Shown here piece after piece: positions 57,486-64,000 of a stretch of 64,000 bases of DNA. Source of the stretch: Histomonas meleagridis 2922-C6/04-290x (Eukaryota > Protista > Parabasalia). Below the pieces are notes generated by a model. The model searched no databases and was not told the origin of the DNA. It worked only from the letters and a program-made list of their open reading frames with translations. The stretch lies in NCBI GenBank assembly GCA_020184695.1, contig JAANOX010000159.1:1-64000 (forward strand), written 5' to 3'. How positions within the stretch are numbered: the stretch's first letter is position 1; each line of letters opens with the position of its first letter. The position numbers were made by a program, and so were the translations under genes.

Positions 57486-59052
57486 ATGGGTAGTAATCAA
57501 AGTCAATTAATAATAAATTACAGTGAAAACATCCAAATATTACAGAACATAGAAAAAATTATTTTTGATTTAAACTAAAATAATATCATTGAATCAGTCA
57601 GATCTTCAATAAGTTACTATTCACCAGAATTTTCATATTTTTTATATTTATTATTTGTAGAATTGTGTATTCATATTTTGTTTCAAAAGGTAGTGAAAAA
57701 TTATGTTTTGATTATTTATTAGAAATTAAGAGGAAAGAAATGGAAATTCATAATGATTATTTTAACAATATCATATGCATATTATTTAATATCTCTATAT
57801 GGTAAAGAATCAGATTATCTTCTTGATCAAATGATTAAAAATGAATTGATTGATCCAACATTTTACGAAAATCAAACATCAAATAATTTTAAGTTTTATT
57901 TTCCTTCTAAAAGAATTTATGAAATCTTGAAGAATTTTAAACTACATAAAGAATTAATTCCAGAAGGAGCTTGTTCAAATGAAATTGCCAAAATAATTCA
58001 AAATGATGAAATAGAAAAACTTCAAGAAATATCATCACAAACAAATTTTAATTTTAATCAAAACATAACACCATCACTTTATGAAAGATTCAATTTTTTA
58101 AATATTCACAATGTTTCATTAATTGATTATTCAGCATTTTTTGGATCTATTAAAATATTTAAATATCTACTTATGAATGGTGCAAATTTAATGAAACAGC
58201 AATTAAATTCCATCGAAATAATATCTTTAAATATATTTATGAAAATAAAATTATTAAAATTGATGATTTAGAAAAATTAAAAATTTAAAAATTTAGGAAA
58301 GTTCGGAATTGAAAATAAAACTATTAATTTGAAAAATTTAGGTATGAAATGTATTGATTATGATAATTATTAAATACTTTTATTTTGAATAAACGAAGGG
58401 TTGATTGTTAGTGAATTTTTAATTATTAACGCTATCCAAAATGGAAATCTTTTTCTTGTTCAATATCTTCTTGGAATTATATCTATCTCAATCAATATTG
58501 ATTTTATCCATACAGTTTATGGGAATGAAGAACTTTTTAATTTTCTTGTTAATAATCGATATATTGATATCAGCAAAAAAAATATTTTTTTATTTTAATT
58601 AAACTTTATTTAAGCAATTTCTGATTTCAAAATTATATATGAACAGTCACTTTTAAGTGTTACTAAAAATGGCAACACTGAAGTAGTTGATTTTCTTCTT
58701 AAACAAAAAGGAAGCAACGTTAATACGAAAGATATTTGTGTGATATATTTAAAATCTATTATAATGCATTTGGGTTTTATAATAATTTTTGAAAATTATT
58801 TAAATAAAATCAAACTCCACTTATGTGGGCTTCTTCAAGAGGTTATACAGAAATAGTTAAATTACTTCTTAAACAAAAAGGAATTGAAATCAATGCTAAA
58901 AATATCAATTCGTTTTTATCGAAATTTATTATTTTTATTGAATATTTCAAAATAATATTTGGAAATTATCCAAATTATTAGAAACAGCGCTTATGTTTGC
59001 ATCTAAACATGGACATTGTGAAATAGTTACATTACTTAATGAACATAAATAA
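57486..59052 (+). pseudogene. DUF3447-ankyrin locus 6 (MGSNQS start; N-terminal part broken) with 3 spacers (58584-58643, 60 nt; 58734-58813, 80; 58904-58983, 80)
   Basis: Stops and frameshifts in the N-terminal half. Cassettes TPLMWASSRGYTEIVKLLLKQKGIEINAKN and terminal TALMFASKHGHCEIVTLLNEHK* are still open. Confidence 0.8.
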
Positions 59053-59209
59053 ATAAAAACATTAATTTCTTTTTAGAATTAATTATTAATATTCTTTGAA
59101 ATTAGAGCACATGATTCAACTATAATTATTTTTTTCAAGATTTTTTTTTATCAAAGTTTATTTTAAAATGAAATTACATATCAAATTTAATATTTACTAC
59201 AAAATTTAT

Positions 59210-60334
59210 TTATATTAAATGATTCGAAATTGCTTTAATTTCAAGTCCATTTTGTATTGTCGATAAATCCAATGCATTTCTAAAGTCTTCTGGATGCAAA
59301 TATTCATTTTCATTATTATCTTGTTCACATATAACAAGCGAACCTTTTTCCCTTTTAATGTTCCGATGTTTCTTCACTATTTCGTTCAAAACTGTTTTAT
59401 ATGAATCAGTCGGCGAAAATGTTTCAGCAAAATTTGTGTCGCGATACTTAAACACAAGTGTTACGTTTTCATTCGTTCGACGTTTCCCATAAACAATTGA
59501 TCCGACTGGATAATTGCGATTTAAATCAAAAGGACAGTTTCGAATTATAAATTTCGTATATTCGTTCGATAAATATGCGCGAAGAACATCAGTGTTAACA
59601 ACACCAAAATAAAGAGGTGGATCATTTTCAACAAGGAAAAGTGAGTTCCCTTTACCTTGGCTAAGTCGTGGAAGTACAAAAAAAATAATTTCGAAATTAT
59701 CACGATAAAATTCAGTGATGTATGAATTGGGATTTATTGGACCAAACAGTTGTTGAATGTGTGGGAAGGCGATATAGATCTCTTTGTCTGTCGAGAAATT
59801 TTGTAATAATGAAGATATTGACGAGTTTTGAATTTTTGGCGTAATTTCAATTTCTTTACCTGAGGTATAAATAGAGTCGCCTTTAATGTCCTCTTGGGAA
59901 ACAATTTTTAATATAGACTTTTGGCCAGGGATGGAATTTGGAGTAAAAGTGAAAGATTGATTTGAATTGATGAGAATAGTAATGGCTGGAACATTACCAA
60001 AAAAGTTCACAGGCAGGTTATTAAATCGAGCATATGGTTTTTCATTTGAAAAAGAAACATTTGTGTTTAAATTTATACTTAAGAATTGAAATGTAATTGC
60101 CAAGAAAACTTGCTCTACCAATGACTCATAGTTTAAAAGGTAAAGAAAAATTGTTTTATCATTAGTAGAATAAATCATTATGAAACACAATCCATTATAT
60201 TGAAAAGTATCTGATAAAATGATTGTTGATGAAAAAAGACGTTGAAGGTTTTTAGGTAAAGTAAATTTATATTGCCTTGGAGTTTGAAAAAAAGCACTTA
60301 AAAAATTTTTTACGTAATTACGTATATAGTTCAT
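59210..60334 (-). CDS. Hypothetical protein
   Basis: 374-aa open frame; no family recognised. Confidence 0.7.
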   Translation of the reverse strand: MNYIRNYVKNFLSAFFQTPRQYKFTLPKNLQRLFSSTIILSDTFQYNGLCFIMIYSTNDKTIFLYLLNYESLVEQVFLAITFQFLSINLNTNVSFSNEKPYARFNNLPVNFFGNVPAITILINSNQSFTFTPNSIPGQKSILKIVSQEDIKGDSIYTSGKEIEITPKIQNSSISSLLQNFSTDKEIYIAFPHIQQLFGPINPNSYITEFYRDNFEIIFFVLPRLSQGKGNSLFLVENDPPLYFGVVNTDVLRAYLSNEYTKFIIRNCPFDLNRNYPVGSIVYGKRRTNENVTLVFKYRDTNFAETFSPTDSYKTVLNEIVKKHRNIKREKGSLVICEQDNNENEYLHPEDFRNALDLSTIQNGLEIKAISNHLI

Positions 60335-60463
60335 CTGTATTAGGCACCCCGTTTATTAACCCTCCCCACAAATGGCGCTTTTAATTGTGTAAACTGGGCA
60401 ATTTCATAGAATTTTCTATGGTCGTTGAGAGCTTTTTGTGAATTTTACTCCGCCTCATTAGGA

Positions 60464-60925
60464 ATGTGCAACTGCTTAAAGAGCGGAACACAACTTCAAG
60501 ATATTGATTTAACTTCAATGACTCAAAATTCTCAACAAATTTTTGAATTATTTAAGAACGATGTTTTTATAGTGATATTCAATCCAGAATGGGAATCAAT
60601 TTATGAATCTGCAACAACACCTGAAATTCTCAACGAATACAAATCACAAATGAGCACAGTATCTAGACATATTGAAAGTAGTGAAGAATCAATCCGTCAA
60701 CTTAATTCAGGATGGAGAATTGATGGATTAACTTCATATAACCTTACATGTCATTCAAGTCGCATTTACGTTCATGTATTAGATGACAAATATCGACTTG
60801 TTGTTATAAATCGTTATGCAGACAGCTCAACACTGGAAGATGATCCTAATTTTGAAAGAACATTAAAGTTGATTGTTGAGAATGTGCACCAATCGATATT
60901 TGCCCTTTCTGGCGTAGAGATATGA
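60464..60925 (+). CDS. Hypothetical protein (~153 aa)
   Basis: Open frame from ATG 60464; divergent from 59210-60334. Confidence 0.6.
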   Translation: MCNCLKSGTQLQDIDLTSMTQNSQQIFELFKNDVFIVIFNPEWESIYESATTPEILNEYKSQMSTVSRHIESSEESIRQLNSGWRIDGLTSYNLTCHSSRIYVHVLDDKYRLVVINRYADSSTLEDDPNFERTLKLIVENVHQSIFALSGVEI

Positions 60926-61511
60926 TTTTTTTATATGTTTATAAATGCTTTCTTTCCACTAATTTTTGTGTTCAAGCTGAGAAATAAAACCGTTACAATA
61001 ACGTTCTCTATTTTCAATACTTTATATGGCAGAAATGACAAAATTTCCATCAAACAATGAATGAATGCAATAGTTTTTATCTTTTTAAAATCCTAATAGT
61101 ATTGGGAAATTAGTGAATTTGTTTTTAACATTAACACTAAGTCAAATCTTTTTCTTTCATTTAACACACAAATTGCACAATAATTAACTATCTTAATGAC
61201 AAATTATTTTGTATATTTCTCAAATAAATTATTTTTACAAGATGAAAATGATAAATTCAAACAAATTTTTATGTCGTTTGTTAATTTTACTAAAGAATAT
61301 GATAAGCAGATCCCACTTATTTTTAATATTTTCATAAGACATAAAATTTCGATTAAAATTAAATCATTTCAAACATTTCATTCTTTAAACGAGATAAAAT
61401 CATTTTGTTATTCGAATAAAATAACACAATTTAAAAAATTCAATTCTTTCATCTGAAAGTTAAAACAGAAAGGATATTTAATTTAATTTTTAATTTTTTA
61501 TTTATCAAATT

Positions 61512-63347
61512 TTAATGTAAAATCTCTGAAATCGCGCCAAAGCCCAATGTTACGCCACTTGCTCTAATAATAAATCTTCCGAATGTTTTACTATTTGTGT
61601 GTACTTCCATTGGGATTGGCTCGTCCAATCTAAACACGACGTCCGCCAAACTGTTTTGTGGCACGAAGCTTGGGGACTTCCTTAAGATTTCTTTTGTTTT
61701 TTTATTGATCAGACTTTTAATCTCTATAATATGTAATGGGATATCCACAGCATGTCTATGGAATATCAATGAAGCGCCTTTGAGTAATGGCACCTCCATA
61801 TTAAATGTATTAATTCTAGCAACAAAATTAGTTGCAACAGGAATAATTTTCTCTGGTGCAGTTAATGCAGATCCAATCGTGATTACATCAGATGTTAATT
61901 GTGTCTGCAAAACAATTTCTACAATTGTGCCAGCAGTAGCAAATTGGACTAATTTGCCATTAACATAAAGTTTTTCAACTTTAATAAAGTTGTCAATTGG
62001 AAACGCGCGAACGATATCGCCGATACACACAAATCCAGATTCAATACGTCCGACGACCGTTAACTTATTCCCATCGGTTACTTCAGAAACACATAACAAA
62101 AATGGCAAAGTTAAGTCAAATTGTGGCGGTTGTAACGAATCAATGGCTTCGTAGACAGTTGGGCCTTTATACCATGGAACAAATTTCGTGGATAATGTCT
62201 TCAAATTGATTCCTTTCAAGGCAGATGTTGGAATGAATTGTAACGCTTTCCATCCCAATGTCCTTAAGAATGTGGTCATTTTCGATTTGATGGCTTCGAA
62301 TTTGGACTCGTCAAAATCAATATAATCCATTTTGTTAACAATGATGATTAATGATGTTAACCCTAAAGCTCGACATAACAACAAATGTTCTTTCGCTTGG
62401 CCTGTTTCGATGTTAGGATTTGATGCATCGATTACTAATAGTGCTGCATCGGCTTGCGAGGCACCAGCAATCATATTAGGTACAAAATCTTTGTGGCCAG
62501 GAGCATCTAAGATTGTGACAATTAATTGATTGGTTTGAAATTCGGTCATTGCAACATCTATTGTAACACCACGCTTTCGTTCTTCTTCATCTTCTGCCAT
62601 TATCCATGCAAAACGATCTTCCGCTTTACCCATTTCTTCACTTGCATTTGTTATCTTAGTAAGTTGTCCATGAGTCACATTACCGCATAAGTATAACAAG
62701 TGGCCCATAAGTGTCGATTTACCGGCATCAACATGGCCTACAATTACCAAATTAATTCGTTTCTTCATTGATGAGATGGCAGCTAAAACAGATTCAGGGG
62801 TTCGTTTGCAAGTGGAGTGTTGCTTAGGTGGCTTAGCTAGGTTAAACTGGGAAACGGAGCGTGGTGGAAATGAAGGTTGCAATAATGACTTCTTTGGCTG
62901 CTTTGTATTAACAGGTTGTTTACGTTGTTTGTTTTTGCGTTTGAGTACAAAAGTACCAAAATCACCTTCTAAAGCATATGTAATAAATTGTTTCATATCA
63001 TAATTAAGTTCACGTAAAGAATCAATCATTTGTTCCCTATCGCATTTGGAATAGTCATATTTCTTATCAAGCTCAGCAAAACACTTATTTAACATTTCTT
63101 CATCTTCAGGATAATATTCTTCTTCTTCCTCAAAATTTGAATCATCATAATTACCGCCTTGTTCATTATCATGATCACCGTCATCATCTTGACTTAAAAG
63201 ACCGGGTGCAAAAAAGTCATTTAAGGTAACAGAACGTCGTGGTCGATAAGGTTCATAATCATCATCGTCATCGAAAGGATCGTCATTATCATAATCGTAA
63301 TCATCCAAGTCATCTTCATCATAAAGTTGTTTTCTTTGTGCTTTCAT
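61512..63347 (-). CDS. HBS1: Hbs1 translational GTPase (eRF3/EF1A family)
   Basis: GHVDAGKSTLMGHLL, RGVTID, DAPGHKDF, NKMD; acidic N-terminal extension; GRFIIRASGVTLGFG. Confidence 0.9.
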   Translation of the reverse strand: MKAQRKQLYDEDDLDDYDYDNDDPFDDDDDYEPYRPRRSVTLNDFFAPGLLSQDDDGDHDNEQGGNYDDSNFEEEEEYYPEDEEMLNKCFAELDKKYDYSKCDREQMIDSLRELNYDMKQFITYALEGDFGTFVLKRKNKQRKQPVNTKQPKKSLLQPSFPPRSVSQFNLAKPPKQHSTCKRTPESVLAAISSMKKRINLVIVGHVDAGKSTLMGHLLYLCGNVTHGQLTKITNASEEMGKAEDRFAWIMAEDEEERKRGVTIDVAMTEFQTNQLIVTILDAPGHKDFVPNMIAGASQADAALLVIDASNPNIETGQAKEHLLLCRALGLTSLIIIVNKMDYIDFDESKFEAIKSKMTTFLRTLGWKALQFIPTSALKGINLKTLSTKFVPWYKGPTVYEAIDSLQPPQFDLTLPFLLCVSEVTDGNKLTVVGRIESGFVCIGDIVRAFPIDNFIKVEKLYVNGKLVQFATAGTIVEIVLQTQLTSDVITIGSALTAPEKIIPVATNFVARINTFNMEVPLLKGASLIFHRHAVDIPLHIIEIKSLINKKTKEILRKSPSFVPQNSLADVVFRLDEPIPMEVHTNSKTFGRFIIRASGVTLGFGAISEILH

Positions 63348-63599
63348 TTATTTTCGCTAAGGGACTCGTATGGATCACCAGGGCGCCCCAACAGTCGTTA
63401 AATTTGTGCACTTTACAAAATTTCCATCACAAAAGGTTTACTCACCAAAAACCGACAGCCATTTTTTGGTCGATAGAGTTTCTGTATGACGATAACACTT
63501 TTCTGGCCGAAACGATCGTTTAATCATTGAATTACTTATCGGTTTTAAAACACATCAAAAAATTCAATTCGTATTTCGGTTATTTTAGAGCGCAAACAT

Positions 63600-64000
63600 T
63601 CAGTTTGTGGAGGACATTATCTTCTCTATTTCTTCTATTGTCTTAGGACAATTGCAGCTGAGAACCTCAGATCCATCCTCAGTCACTAAAAGGTCATCTT
63701 CTATTCTTATACCGCCCACAGTATCAGCATAATGCAATGCCTTATCAAAGTTAACGCAAGCGTAATTTGGATTATTTCTTTCTCTTTCCAACCTTACCTT
63801 ATGGAAATAAATTCCAGGCTCAGCAGTTATCACCATTCCTGGTCTTAATAATGTTGAAGCCTTCCATTTATCTTTTTCGGTTGTATTATAAACCAAATCA
63901 TGTACATTACATCCAACATTATGAGTTAAACTATGCGGGCAAAACAGGCGTGCTACAGTAAGCATTTTCTCTTTGTCAAGTCCTTCACTTGAAGCAATCC
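63600..64000 (-). CDS. Xaa-Pro dipeptidase/aminopeptidase P (M24B), C-terminal part; gene continues beyond the window
   Basis: PHSLTHNVGCNVHD, TAEPGIYF, GGIRIEDD. Confidence 0.9.
   Translation of the reverse strand, partial: IASSEGLDKEKMLTVARLFCPHSLTHNVGCNVHDLVYNTTEKDKWKASTLLRPGMVITAEPGIYFHKVRLERERNNPNYACVNFDKALHYADTVGGIRIEDDLLVTEDGSEVLSCNCPKTIEEIEKIMSSTN

Noticed and set aside
61196-61456. 86-aa ORF between 60925 and HBS1
   Set aside because: Composition is like AT-rich intergenic DNA, with no motif.

Overview
Very AT-rich eukaryotic genomic DNA from a parabasalid (trichomonad). This is inferred from the DUF3447-ankyrin and BspA families, Myb repeats, an IBP39-like domain and Inr-like starts; Tritrichomonas-like is a guess. 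The left ~25 kb and ~57.5-59 kb are an accessory zone with seven DUF3447+ankyrin loci and DNA transposons (mariner, a Tc1-like derivative, a DDE_1 relic, a hAT-like MITE). The rest is compact housekeeping genes (ARPC1, UFD1, VPS45, HBS1, RIC1-like, exportin-like, Pin1-like, phospholipase B, Tom40-like, prolidase) plus a bacterial-type Tae4 amidase. Main observation: in six DUF3447 genes every canonical C-terminal ankyrin repeat is a separate ~90-nt coding cassette. Each is split from the next, at the same codon position, by an AT-rich spacer built from a degenerate 20-nt unit. Of 32 spacers, 26 are exact multiples of 20 nt (60, 80, 260, 280, 340). They carry stops, shift all three frames and lack GT-AG or trichomonad intron signals, yet 25 of 26 internal cassettes are open and five arrays end in an intact terminal repeat. 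This points to an apparently undescribed non-canonical excision or bypass system; the mechanism cannot be seen from DNA alone. Several single-base frameshifts in otherwise intact genes lie in homopolymers and may be assembly errors.
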